Assembly: GCA_030583845.1 (NCBI GenBank) | Contig: CP129478.1 | Coordinates: forward strand, 279,175-343,174 | Source: Candidatus Dojkabacteria bacterium | GTDB taxonomy: Bacteria; Patescibacteriota; Dojkabacteria; SC72; JAHDCA01 | Direction of reading: 5' to 3' | Length of the DNA: 64,000 nt | Part shown: positions 53,972 through 63,941 of the stretch, one piece after another | Numbering within the stretch: the first letter of the stretch is position 1 | Layout: every line of letters starts with the position of its first letter | Notes under the pieces: generated by a model | Databases searched by the model: none | What the model saw: only the letters and a program-made list of their open reading frames with translations | What the model was told of the DNA's origin: nothing | Program-made: the position numbers and the translations under genes

Positions 53972-54982
53972 TTATTCTTTCGCGATGCTAGTCACGCCTG
54001 CTGCGAGCAGCTCCAAGGCTGCACCAGTACCCTTTGCCACACAGTACATCGGCTCATCAGCAACGTATGCAGGCACGCCGGTCGCCTTCGTGAATAGCTT
54101 GTCCAGATTCCGAAGCATTGCTGTACCCCCACTCATCGCCATGCCACGATCAATAATATCGGCCGATAGTTCAGGCGGTGTCTTTTCTAACACAGACTTG
54201 ATAGCCTGAATAATTTGCGCCAGCGGCACTCGCAAAGCCTCTGCGACCTCATTCGAATTTATCTCCATCGAGCGAGGCATTCCGCCTGCTGCATCACGAC
54301 CACGAATCTCCATCGATTGTGGATTCTCCACCTTCATCGCTGAGCCAATCTTAATCTTGATCATCTCGGCTGTTTGCTCACCAACCAGCAACCCATGTCG
54401 CTTACGCAGGTATGACACAATAGCATCATTAAGCGCATCTCCTGCGACACGCAAGGATGAGTACTCTACAATTCCACGGAGCGAGATCACGGCAATTTCA
54501 GAGGTACCACCACCCATATTTACGATCATGCTTCCGGTCGAGGTCTCAATTGGCAAGCCGGCGCCAATCGCTGCGAGCAACGGCTCGGGCACCAGATAGA
54601 TCTTACGGGCTCCAGCAGCCGTAGCCGCCTTGAGCACAGCACGCTTCTCTACAGAGGTGATTCCGGCAGGCACGCTAATCATCACATCCGGTTTGAAAAA
54701 TCGAGAAGGACCTCCAAGTGCTTTGTTGAAGAAATACTTAAGCAGAGCTTCGGTCACGCGTGAGTCTGCAATAACACCGCTTCGCATTGGCCTGCGAGCT
54801 ACGATGTCATCGGGAGTCTTGCCGATCATCTCCTTTGCCTCCATCCCTACGGCTAGGACCGACATATTGTTTACATCAAGGGCGACAACTGTGGGCTCTG
54901 TTAGCACCACACCCTTGCCCTCGAGAAATACTATTGAATTGGCTGTTCCTAGGTCGATGCCTAGCTTCTTTCCTCCTATCAT
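53972..54982 (-). CDS. MreB/Mbl-like actin homologue (second copy)
   Basis: LGIDLGTANSIVF…, NMGGGTSE… actin-fold motifs. About 50% identical by eye to the mreB at 30478..31527. Confidence 0.8.
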   Translation of the reverse strand: MIGGKKLGIDLGTANSIVFLEGKGVVLTEPTVVALDVNNMSVLAVGMEAKEMIGKTPDDIVARRPMRSGVIADSRVTEALLKYFFNKALGGPSRFFKPDVMISVPAGITSVEKRAVLKAATAAGARKIYLVPEPLLAAIGAGLPIETSTGSMIVNMGGGTSEIAVISLRGIVEYSSLRVAGDALNDAIVSYLRKRHGLLVGEQTAEMIKIKIGSAMKVENPQSMEIRGRDAAGGMPRSMEINSNEVAEALRVPLAQIIQAIKSVLEKTPPELSADIIDRGMAMSGGTAMLRNLDKLFTKATGVPAYVADEPMYCVAKGTGAALELLAAGVTSIAKE

Positions 54983-55122
54983 TGGTCTGATTATACTTGT
55001 GGGCTGGTAAATTTCAAAGCTTATGGGCTCAATTAATTAATGAATCGGCAATATTAAGCGGCCGGGCGACTTCATGAAAGCTGCTTATAGTAATTTCCCT
55101 CGCTATTCGCTATTATGAATTC

Positions 55123-56004
55123 ATGAAAGCACTCTTCTATTTTCATGAAAATAGCCGAAAGGCACCTTGGCAGCCTGCTGAAGACAGGTCTATGATCGAC
55201 CTTGAGAATAACTTGCTCGCACTAGCCGACGGCGCTACCAGAAACATCGTCAAAGAGAAGCACAACTACCCTAAAGATTTCTATGCGGCTGCAACTGCTG
55301 AGCTATTCGTGAAAAGCGCTCAGGAGCTACAGGAGCAGTTTGATTTCGCAAGTGGTGAAATGGATGACATGCTTCATGAAATTAATAAGAGAATATATGA
55401 AAACAACCAGACTCTAGGCTTCGATTATGAGAAGCTGGAACAGTATTGGAAGCCAGAATGCGTAGGTGCTGTTGTAAAAGTAGTTGAGGGGGTCCTCTAC
55501 TACGGCGTGATGGAGGATGTCTATCTGAATGTGCTTCGTGGCGAGGAGCTATCCGACCAGGTTAATATGAGCTACACATTGATGAAGGCATTTCAATATG
55601 CCCAGCACGAGAAGGAGAAAGATCCTACTCTAGACTTCGAGAAATTTTGGTGCACCAAGCTGCGCAACAACCCCGATGCGAAAGACGCCGAGGGCAATAA
55701 AACTGGATGGGGCTCATTTAACGGCGAGCAAGGCGCGTCGGCTTTCTGGCAAACAGGCAAAGTAGAGCTAAAGCCAGGCGATATTATCCTGCTACTGACC
55801 GATGGTGCACTGGATCTGTTTAATGATTCTCCGTTTAATAAGCAAGCTGAGGAGATCATCTTCAAGAGCGGAGTCACTGAAGGGGTGAAAAGCCAAGAAG
55901 AGCTATCTGGCCTAATTACCCAGATGGTTAATGCTGGCAACGAAAGGCTGCTCAAAGAGAAAAGCATCATCCGCACTCTTTGGAATCTGCCACCTATTGG
56001 CTAG
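55123..56004 (+). CDS. Hypothetical protein, possibly a divergent PP2C-like fold
   Basis: Weak resemblance only: …LLALADGATRN… and …GDIILLLTDGALDLFND… echo PP2C motifs (ADGMGG, GDrlLLcSDGL.D). Confidence 0.3.
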   Translation: MKALFYFHENSRKAPWQPAEDRSMIDLENNLLALADGATRNIVKEKHNYPKDFYAAATAELFVKSAQELQEQFDFASGEMDDMLHEINKRIYENNQTLGFDYEKLEQYWKPECVGAVVKVVEGVLYYGVMEDVYLNVLRGEELSDQVNMSYTLMKAFQYAQHEKEKDPTLDFEKFWCTKLRNNPDAKDAEGNKTGWGSFNGEQGASAFWQTGKVELKPGDIILLLTDGALDLFNDSPFNKQAEEIIFKSGVTEGVKSQEELSGLITQMVNAGNERLLKEKSIIRTLWNLPPIG

Positions 56005-56041
56005 CTCCCAATCATCTACCTGACCCACGTCAGACACTTCA

Positions 56042-57025
56042 TTAGATCTTCATTGCATCCATCACTCGTCCTATAACATCATCTGCAACCTTATTTGCAC
56101 TTTTCTCACCCTCCTCTAATAGCTCAACTATATACTTGTCTCCAAGCTTATCTACCTCAGCCCTCTTCTCTCGTACAGGCTGAAGCATCTTCTCAATTGC
56201 TGCGTATAGTTTCTCCTTCACCTCTACATCGCCTACAGTTCCCTTAACATATCTTTCTTTCAGATCGTTAATTTCATCTTTATCTTCATTAAAGTAGTCA
56301 TGATAGATGAACACAGGATTACCCTCTACGCGACCAGGGTCGGTAGCACGGATTCGGTTAGGATCTGTATACATGCCCATTACTTTCTTACGCACATCTT
56401 CTGGCGAGTCACTAAAGAAGATTCCACCCGTCGATTTCCCTGCCTTCCCTTGTCCATCCAGTCCTACCAGTATCTCCCCTATCAAACCTGCAGGAACTTT
56501 CAAAGCCTTTCCATAAGTCTTATTAAATTTGTTCGCCAAGTCGCGTGTGATCTCAATATGCGCCTCCTGATCCTTACCAACTGGGACTACGTCGGAATCT
56601 ACAATCAATATATCGGATGCCATCAGAACTGGATATCCCAAAAGACCATATGTTAGGTCATGCCCACCCTGCAGCTTCTCCTTCAGTGCAGGCTGCCTCT
56701 CGAGCTCAACCATTGGAGTCAGCATAGAGAGAATTAGATGCAATCTAAATGTCTGAGCCAACCTAGACTGCCTGTAGAACGTAACTTTCTCCGGGTCCAT
56801 TCCGAGGCTGATCTGCGTCTTTATCAAATCGATCGCGTTTTGATGAATTATATCGGCCTGATTATAATGAGTAGTCAAGGTATGATAGTCTGCAGAGAAG
56901 ATAAAGGTATCGTACTCATCTTGCCTTGCGATTCTGTTTTTGAGCGTGCCAATATAAGCACCGATTACATATGAATTTCCAGATGCCCTATCCCCTGTCA
57001 GTAGCCTTTTCTTTTTTTCCATCAC
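56042..57025 (-). CDS. trpS: Tryptophanyl-tRNA synthetase
   Basis: Class I HIGH-region …SGNSYVIGAY… and KMSKS-variant …GQGKAGKSTGG…, size 327 aa. Confidence 0.9.
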   Translation of the reverse strand: MMEKKKRLLTGDRASGNSYVIGAYIGTLKNRIARQDEYDTFIFSADYHTLTTHYNQADIIHQNAIDLIKTQISLGMDPEKVTFYRQSRLAQTFRLHLILSMLTPMVELERQPALKEKLQGGHDLTYGLLGYPVLMASDILIVDSDVVPVGKDQEAHIEITRDLANKFNKTYGKALKVPAGLIGEILVGLDGQGKAGKSTGGIFFSDSPEDVRKKVMGMYTDPNRIRATDPGRVEGNPVFIYHDYFNEDKDEINDLKERYVKGTVGDVEVKEKLYAAIEKMLQPVREKRAEVDKLGDKYIVELLEEGEKSANKVADDVIGRVMDAMKI

Positions 57026-57413
57026 TTTTCTTCATTAAATTTAATCTATCTTACTTGGGGACCTCGTTTACAGCCTAAGCCATAAAACAAAAATCCCCGA
57101 ACAAGAATGAACCAAAATTCACTCTTGCCCGGGGACGTTACTCACGTGTTGCCACCCCTTCTTTGCGAGTACATCGCTGCACCCACCTTGTCGACTGACT
57201 TCCGGTGTAGAAACTAACTTCCACCACTTATCTCATCAGTCCGAATCTATTACGTGATTCGCTACGTCGCACATACTCAATCATGCCTTCGTGTGACAGA
57301 CCTTTCTGATTGCTGCTCCCTGGCCCATTCTCCAGATCACGGCATTTCATACCTTCGCAAAATCATTTACAAGGGTATGATTACATTATACTACAGCCTT
57401 ATTGATTTGTTAA
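57026..57413 (-). promoter_or_regulatory. trpS T-box riboswitch leader: promoter TTAACA-17-TATAAT (plus coordinates 57385-57413), candidate T-box GGGGUGGCAACACG with UGGC bulge (57146-57166), terminator hairpin (57096-57135) plus U-tract (57085-57095)
   Basis: Minus-strand RNA: …AAGAAGGGGUGGCAACACGUGAGUAACGUCCCCGGGCAAGAGUGAAUUUUGGUUCAUUCUUGUUCGGGGAUUUUUGUUUU…. Antiterminator architecture A1 GGGG/CCCC, 7-nt bulge UGGCAAC (UGGC complementary to the G-CCA end of the tRNA-Trp found in this window), A2 ACGU(GAGUA)ACGU. A strong terminator lies about 30 nt upstream of the start. Several UGG triplets are candidate specifiers. Confidence 0.55.
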
Positions 57414-57437
57414 TTGCACTCTGATATCTTCAGATTG

Positions 57438-59072
57438 ATGAAAAAGCAATTCAGAACGAAAATCCTTCCGGTCATTACAAGCATATTCGGAGCGCTAATA
57501 ATTATATCGGGTACTCTTATTGTCTTCCTCTACGCTAACGGCTATAGATTTAATAGAGAGGAAGGGACACTAGACAAGACTGGTGTCATAAGTATAAGTG
57601 CAAGCCCATATAGAAGTGAGATCTATCTCGATGGCAAACCAATCGGTAGGACCCCGAAGACGGTCTCCTCCCTTAAAGCAGGTGTCCACACAGTGAGGAT
57701 TACCAATGATGGGTTCCATGATTGGTACAAAGAGGTTGATGTAAAAGTTGAAAAGTCTACACCTATCAGTGCCATTCTTTTGAGGTCTGAGCTCAAAGCA
57801 GAAGAGGTATTTAAGGTCGACGATGAGATAGTAAATGTGAGCCATGACCAGCTGTACAACTATGTCTTCATCACCACCAAGAAAGAGCTGACCACCTCAC
57901 CCACACCAACAGCTCCATTGGCTCAAGATCAGGCACTCTATAAAATATGGCGGTACAACATAAATCCTAATTTTTGGGAGCTAGCCCAGAACCCAGTGCT
58001 CATCTACGAAGAGGAGATAGCAGCAGTAGAGGAATTTGAATTGCTCGTATCACCAAACGGCCAGAAGGCGCTCCTGACGCTAACCACACCTGTCGCCGGC
58101 CCAGAAGAGCAAACCAAAGCCTACTCACTGCTCAACACTGGCAGCAAGAATGATACCCCGACCCCATTAAATCTCGAGGCCTTTACGGAGGGCTACGAGA
58201 TCGAATGGGCAATGGACAGTCAGTTCCTTATGCTTCAATCTGACACCGAGCTGGTCACCCTTAACACCAGAGACGAGACCAAGTACATCATCCGCAGAGA
58301 CAATCTACCAGCCGCATGGAGCACCAACACCGACGGCCATCTATACCTAATTGATGAGGTTAGCGAGGCAGCTGAGGACGAGCAGGTTCAGCAATCGAAA
58401 TTTCAGATCGCAAGATCAAGCATGGAAGGAAATGACAGCACTGTCTTTATCGATGATATTTTCACTCTGCCTGAGTCGGAGATATTGGTAGAGCAGTTCC
58501 AGGATCCTGTCACCAAGAGTGAGCTACAGACACCATTTGAGGTTAGTGAAGTTGGAGATAAATTGGCAGGAGATATTACTGGGATCTTAGAGATGGAGGA
58601 TTTCCCTGGCTTTGTTATATTCACCACTCTTTCGACCTATTTCTATGACCCTGAGGATAACAGGTACACGCTCATGCTACCGGAAGCTGCTACAGTTGTC
58701 GGCTCAGACAGTGGCAACACCGAGCTAGGACTTTATGGGACTACCGTTACAGCAGTCTATACATATGATAAGGAGGAAGCGGACCATACGGTAGAGATCG
58801 GCACACTGGTGCTAACTCACCATTCTGAGGGATCAAAGAATGAGCAATTCAGATGGGTCCCTTCGACAGATTATCTTTCAACATTGGTCGACAGTAGCCT
58901 CTATGTGATCGATGATGAGGGTGATAATTATCTAAAGATTCTTGATGATAAGGCAGCTCTAGATTTCTACATGATAAACAGATCAGGCGAATACTTATAT
59001 ACATTCGCTCCTGAATCTGACAGCGAGGGCGAATCAGGCAGCTACAGCCTAGTACGTTACGAGCTAAGATAA
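57438..59072 (+). CDS. PEGA domain-containing membrane protein
   Basis: N-terminal TM ILPVITSIFGALIIISGTLIVFLY, then a PEGA-like segment …SASPYRSEIYLDGKPIGRTPKTV…GVHTVRITNDGFHDWYKEVDVKV. The rest is unassigned. Confidence 0.55.
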   Translation: MKKQFRTKILPVITSIFGALIIISGTLIVFLYANGYRFNREEGTLDKTGVISISASPYRSEIYLDGKPIGRTPKTVSSLKAGVHTVRITNDGFHDWYKEVDVKVEKSTPISAILLRSELKAEEVFKVDDEIVNVSHDQLYNYVFITTKKELTTSPTPTAPLAQDQALYKIWRYNINPNFWELAQNPVLIYEEEIAAVEEFELLVSPNGQKALLTLTTPVAGPEEQTKAYSLLNTGSKNDTPTPLNLEAFTEGYEIEWAMDSQFLMLQSDTELVTLNTRDETKYIIRRDNLPAAWSTNTDGHLYLIDEVSEAAEDEQVQQSKFQIARSSMEGNDSTVFIDDIFTLPESEILVEQFQDPVTKSELQTPFEVSEVGDKLAGDITGILEMEDFPGFVIFTTLSTYFYDPEDNRYTLMLPEAATVVGSDSGNTELGLYGTTVTAVYTYDKEEADHTVEIGTLVLTHHSEGSKNEQFRWVPSTDYLSTLVDSSLYVIDDEGDNYLKILDDKAALDFYMINRSGEYLYTFAPESDSEGESGSYSLVRYELR

Positions 59073-59150
59073 GGCCACGATTGGGTATTTACCATCTGCT
59101 CACTCCTCATTGGGGAAATCATTAGCTCACGCATTCCAACCCTACTAAAT

Positions 59151-59224
59151 CGCACCCGACCGGAATCGAACCAGTAACCTACTCGTTAGGAGTGAGTTGC
59201 TCTATCCAATTGAGCTACGGGTGC
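59151..59224 (-). tRNA. tRNA-Arg (anticodon CCT), no encoded CCA
   Basis: Reverse complement GCACCCGTAGCTCAATTGGATAGAGCAACTCACTCCTAACGAGTAGGTTACTGGTTCGATTCCGGTCGGGTGCG. One mismatch at the base of the anticodon stem. Confidence 0.7.
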
Positions 59225-59389
59225 AAATTGCTTACGGAGACAATTGTATCTTAAATAGTGTCGCTTGAAAACCTCTCATAACTGCGAGTGAAACAGTGTC
59301 GAAATCAAGTGAAACATTGAAATTTTGCGATGGAGGCCAGGTTCACAATAATTACCCGAATACTGAGAATTCCGCTCTATGAGAGGCTT

Positions 59390-60205
59390 CTAGCTCTTGC
59401 CTAGGTAGCTAACCTCTTTCAGGTTGCCTCCGAAGCTCCTCTTCCGAGTCGCATACTCCAAGACAAGCTCCTCAAATCGATCAGGAGTAAGCTCGGGGAA
59501 TTTTTCATCGACGAAGAACAGTTCTGCATACGCACTCTGCCATAGGAGGAATCCACTCAGCCTTTGCTCCCCACCAGTTCGTATAATCATATCCGGGTAA
59601 ATGAGTCCGGCTGTGTCCAGATGTGAGGAAATAAGGTCGGTGTCGATTTCATCGGCTGGGATACCCTTTTCCACTATCTGTTTCACAGCCCGGACGATCT
59701 CATCTTGTGACCCGTAGTCGAGCGCGATTGAAAAAGTAGTCGCAGTATTGTTCTTTGTTCTTTCCTCTAGGTCATGAAATATATCAAGCAACTTCTTAGG
59801 CAGTCGATCTTTCCTACCAATATGCCTAAACTTCACATTGTTATCTAAGAATTTGCGCTTAAATCGTCTCGAGACCTGGATGAACAGCTGCATAATGAAC
59901 TTCACCTCATCCTTGCCGCGCTGCCAGTTCTCGGTTGACCACCCCCACAGGGTGACATCCTCTATACCAAGCTCAATACCTCGCTCGGCTAGCATCAGGA
60001 CGTTCTCTGCCCCTGCCTTATGGCCCTCAAAGGCTGTCAGGCCGCGTTCCTCGGCCCATCGCCTGTTTCCATCGCAAATAATTGCAACGTGCCTTGGACC
60101 TCCTTCAATCTTCCGAGCGCCAAACTGTATTTTCTTCCCATTTTCGCCAGTAAACAGCTTCTTTTTGGTTTGTTTCTTGCTACTTGTCTTGCTCATAGTT
60201 GCCAA
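59390..60205 (-). CDS. uppS: Undecaprenyl pyrophosphate synthase
   Basis: HVAIICDGNRRWA…, …RTGGEQRLSGFLLWQSAYAELFF… cis-prenyltransferase motifs. Confidence 0.9.
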   Translation of the reverse strand: MATMSKTSSKKQTKKKLFTGENGKKIQFGARKIEGGPRHVAIICDGNRRWAEERGLTAFEGHKAGAENVLMLAERGIELGIEDVTLWGWSTENWQRGKDEVKFIMQLFIQVSRRFKRKFLDNNVKFRHIGRKDRLPKKLLDIFHDLEERTKNNTATTFSIALDYGSQDEIVRAVKQIVEKGIPADEIDTDLISSHLDTAGLIYPDMIIRTGGEQRLSGFLLWQSAYAELFFVDEKFPELTPDRFEELVLEYATRKRSFGGNLKEVSYLGKS

Positions 60206-60313
60206 ATTTTATAAGGTATGTGCTCGTAATTATACGCAAATAGAACACAAATGGAACCCCGACAATACCATACGGTTAAGAGAGATTCCAGTTGTATCTA
60301 AGAGATTAATTAG

Positions 60314-62071
60314 CTACTCTGCGGTCAGCTCAGACTCTAGGTTCTTTTTTATCTCCTGCAATCGACCCAAAAGCTTATCAAGTGCAACCACCTCACTACT
60401 ATCTTCTCTGCGCTGCTTTACCTCTGCCCCGCCATTCTCTAGGCTCCTCTTACTGATCACTACACGAATTGGATTGCCTATCAGGTCTGCGTCGGCGAAT
60501 TTCACTCCAGGCGATGCATCCTCTCGGTCATCCCACAACACCTGAAGTCCTGCACCTATCAGCTCGTCGTATGCTGCCTCTGCTTTCTTCAAAATCTGCT
60601 CATCCTTATCTAGCGTGATCAGCTGCATATGATATGGCGCAACGCTTATAGGCCAAATTACCCCATTCTCGTCATTAAATAGCTCCGCAATTATGCCCAT
60701 CATTCTGCTAATACCGATGCCATAGCTCCCCATATATATAGGCTTGCTCTTTCCTGCCTCATCTACCACTTCATATTTGAATGCCGAGGTAAATTTAGTC
60801 TCGAGCGGGAAGATATTACCTGCCTCGGATGACTTGAACAGCTCATACACCTCACCGCTCTCAGGGTGGATATCACCCTCTTTGGCAAGCTTGATGTCGT
60901 AGAACTGCTCAGGCTTATCGATATCGCGCCCCCAGTTCACATTTATAGTGTGATAGTTAGTCTTATTTGTACCGCACTCGAAGTTTCTCATCGGCTCGAT
61001 CGAGTCATCAAGATACAGCTCCACACTATCGGGCAGATTTATAATCCCTGCGTACCCGATTTCTGCTCCTGTGACCTCTTTGACTGTGGCTTCATCAGCC
61101 AGCTCCAACTGCTTTGCACCGACGACCTTCTTCAGCTTTATCTCGTTCACGTCGTAGTCGCCACGAACAGCTGCGACGATTACTCGATCGTCAGCCTTAT
61201 ATATCAATGTCTTTACGCACTTCTGTGCTGGCACATCTAAGAATTTCACAAGCTCCTCCATCCCTGTGATCTCCTCACCATACACATCCTCAAGCTTTCG
61301 TTCTGACTCCTCTGCGTTGCCCTCAAATTCAGGCGCTTTGCTAGGCGCAACCTCTCTATTATATGTAACCCCAGTGCTCTCAACGTGGAAAAGCCAATCC
61401 TCACCTGTCTCGAGCCTCACCTGGAACTCATGCGAGAAGTTCTCAGTGAAGTCACCGCCTGATGCGAGCGCTAAATATGTATAATTACCGATACCAACCC
61501 TCTTCATCACATTCATATAATATTTCTTCGATTCTTCGTAATACTGCTCAAAGTCCTCCTTCGATGCATGGAAACTATACAGATCTTTCATCCTGAACTC
61601 TCTCATGCGGAGCAGTCCCGATTTGGCCCTCGGCTCATTTCTAAATTTGGTCTGGATCTGGTACAACGCTATGGGTAAGTTCTTATAGCTATTCCCGTAC
61701 TGTTTTACGATCGAGGTTGTCACATCCTCGTGGGTCGGGTTTAGGATATATTCGGAGCTATTCTTGGCCTTAGACACCTCATTTGCAGGAGATGTCTTCA
61801 TCAGTACGTCTACTGTATTGAGTCGGTTGGTAGTCTGCCAGGTCTCTTTCGGAGCGAGTGCGGGCATCTGCATCTCCTCACCTATCTTATCCATCTCGTC
61901 TCGTACAATTGTCTCGATATTTCTAATCACCCTTAACCCTAGTGGCAGGTATGCATACACGCCTGACATTACCTGGCTTACGAAGCCCCCTCTTACTAGG
62001 TATGTTGCATTCTTAGAGTCGTACTCTTTTGATCCTTTACTGGTTTTGAAAAGCGTATTTGAATATTTCAT
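60314..62071 (-). CDS. proS: Prolyl-tRNA synthetase
   Basis: Class II bacterial-type ProRS with insertion domain. N-terminal …YLVRGGFVSQVMSGVYAYLPLGLRV…. Confidence 0.9.
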   Translation of the reverse strand: MKYSNTLFKTSKGSKEYDSKNATYLVRGGFVSQVMSGVYAYLPLGLRVIRNIETIVRDEMDKIGEEMQMPALAPKETWQTTNRLNTVDVLMKTSPANEVSKAKNSSEYILNPTHEDVTTSIVKQYGNSYKNLPIALYQIQTKFRNEPRAKSGLLRMREFRMKDLYSFHASKEDFEQYYEESKKYYMNVMKRVGIGNYTYLALASGGDFTENFSHEFQVRLETGEDWLFHVESTGVTYNREVAPSKAPEFEGNAEESERKLEDVYGEEITGMEELVKFLDVPAQKCVKTLIYKADDRVIVAAVRGDYDVNEIKLKKVVGAKQLELADEATVKEVTGAEIGYAGIINLPDSVELYLDDSIEPMRNFECGTNKTNYHTINVNWGRDIDKPEQFYDIKLAKEGDIHPESGEVYELFKSSEAGNIFPLETKFTSAFKYEVVDEAGKSKPIYMGSYGIGISRMMGIIAELFNDENGVIWPISVAPYHMQLITLDKDEQILKKAEAAYDELIGAGLQVLWDDREDASPGVKFADADLIGNPIRVVISKRSLENGGAEVKQRREDSSEVVALDKLLGRLQEIKKNLESELTAE

Positions 62072-62297
62072 ATCTTATAAGCTCAAATTATATTTACTAG
62101 TTCAGCTATTCTATAAAATTTTACCCCTAACGGGGTGGCATCAACTGCCATGTGGGATTCTTGAAGCAATAAGAGTCGGAGGATTGTAAAAACAAACCTA
62201 AGTTATCTGTGAACGATTTTTCTGTCTTCCACGATGAAATATCCATCTCAAAACAATTCTATCACCTTTATTCATAAATTCTACCCCTGATACCGAG

Positions 62298-63941
62298 CTA
62301 CATCTGCTCTAGTGGCTTCATGCCGAGCAGCTTCATACCGTCTGCGAGCACCTGAGTTACCAGATCTACTGCGAGAAGCCTTACAGCCTTTTCGCTCTCA
62401 TTTGCGTTCTGTATGGACTCTCTTTCATAAAAGTTGTTGAATAGCTTGGCCAGATCATAGATATACTCTGCGACGATGCTTGGTGCATAATTATTTGCTG
62501 CCGATACAAACCTCTCCTGATACTCTAACGCCTTCATTAGCAATTGGTGGTCTAGCTCTGTCATCGAGTCACTAATATTGCCCATATCGACAGGTATAGT
62601 GCCCGGCTCATAGTTCTGACCTCTCAGAATGCTCTTGCCTCTTGCATATGCATACATTATATATGGGCCGCTCTTACCGGTGAATGAGACAGCCTTCTCA
62701 ATATCAAATCGCATATCCTTGAACGGGTCGGTCACCAAGAATGCAAACTTCAATGCATTCACAGCAACTACTTCAGCGATCTCCTCCTCACTCATGCTGG
62801 ACTCCATCTGCACATTGCGCTCCTGCACTGCCTTCACTGCGGCCTCGTGCATCTTATCCAGCAAACCATCGCCCGATAGAGCCTGGCCATCTCGCGAAGA
62901 CATCTTCTTTCCATCCTTGCCATACACATAACCGTAGGCATAATGGTAAAGATTATCGATCGGGATAAGCTCAAGCATGTCGAGCAGAGAGAACAGCCTC
63001 TGGAAATGCATGATCTGCTCATTGCCCACAACCCACATCGCTCTCCACGGTTTGAATTTCTCGATCTTCAGCGTAGTCAGGTGAATATCTTGGGTGTGAT
63101 ATAGAGATGTTCCATCCGACTTAAGCAGCACAACATCTGGAACACCATACTCATCCTCTATACGACCGACAATAGCACCGTCCTCTAGTTTCTCAATCTT
63201 GGTGCCGTCGAGGTAGTTCATAATAGTATCTCGACCGCTTGTATAGATCTCGCTTTCATACCACCTATGTCCGAAATCTTCCCACACTCTGCCTGCTGTA
63301 GCTAACTGACCTTCAAGTACCCAGTCGATCATCTTTCTCCAGGTCGCTCTTATTTCTGGATCTCCCTGCTCCCACTTGGCCAGCATGCCCTTGATCTGCT
63401 CTTTTACATCGTTGTCATCTTTATATTTCTGAGATCCTAACACATAGTATTTACCGACAAACTGGTCAGGCTTCAGCCCTTCACTATCGGGCGTGCCTCC
63501 TTGGGCTAGATTATCGAGTGCCCAGATCGTCTTAACGATCGGCATGCCGCGGTCATTGATGATGCTGTCTTGCTCTCCCACAAACCCAACCTTATCAAAC
63601 ATCCTCAATAGTGAAGTGCCTAAGAACAGGTTGAGAAGGTGTCCTATATGAAGTGGCTTGTTTGGGTTGGGTGATGGAGATTCAACAAGTATCACACGCT
63701 CCTGGCCTGCTGTTGCTGTTGAGAATTTTGCAAAATTGAGCCCAGCTTTGGCTGCATTCTCTATAAGCCATGCGTTATTTACTTTCAGATTAATGAAATT
63801 GTTAGGAGCAACTGTAAGTTCTGATATCCAATCGAGGTTGGCATCGTTAATTATGCGTGCCAGCTCTTCGGCAATCTCTTTAGGGCTTTTCTTCAATTCG
63901 CCCGCTAGCCTCATAGCCGCAGTGCTTGAGAAATCTCCCAT
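62298..63941 (-). CDS. argS: Arginyl-tRNA synthetase (the reading frame stays open to the window edge, so the true start may lie beyond 64000)
   Basis: HIGH motif PNPNKPLHIGHL, KMSK-variant KMSSRDG, DALR anticodon-binding C-terminus. Confidence 0.9.
   Translation of the reverse strand: MGDFSSTAAMRLAGELKKSPKEIAEELARIINDANLDWISELTVAPNNFINLKVNNAWLIENAAKAGLNFAKFSTATAGQERVILVESPSPNPNKPLHIGHLLNLFLGTSLLRMFDKVGFVGEQDSIINDRGMPIVKTIWALDNLAQGGTPDSEGLKPDQFVGKYYVLGSQKYKDDNDVKEQIKGMLAKWEQGDPEIRATWRKMIDWVLEGQLATAGRVWEDFGHRWYESEIYTSGRDTIMNYLDGTKIEKLEDGAIVGRIEDEYGVPDVVLLKSDGTSLYHTQDIHLTTLKIEKFKPWRAMWVVGNEQIMHFQRLFSLLDMLELIPIDNLYHYAYGYVYGKDGKKMSSRDGQALSGDGLLDKMHEAAVKAVQERNVQMESSMSEEEIAEVVAVNALKFAFLVTDPFKDMRFDIEKAVSFTGKSGPYIMYAYARGKSILRGQNYEPGTIPVDMGNISDSMTELDHQLLMKALEYQERFVSAANNYAPSIVAEYIYDLAKLFNNFYERESIQNANESEKAVRLLAVDLVTQVLADGMKLLGMKPLEQM

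Noticed and set aside
62072-62297. Possible T-box or attenuator between argS and proS
   Set aside because: It contains the hairpin ACCCCGUUAGGGGU followed by AAAAUUUU and a good -10 TATAAT for proS, but no GGGUGG / UGGN bulge antiterminator could be drawn. Most likely a weak argS terminator plus the proS promoter.
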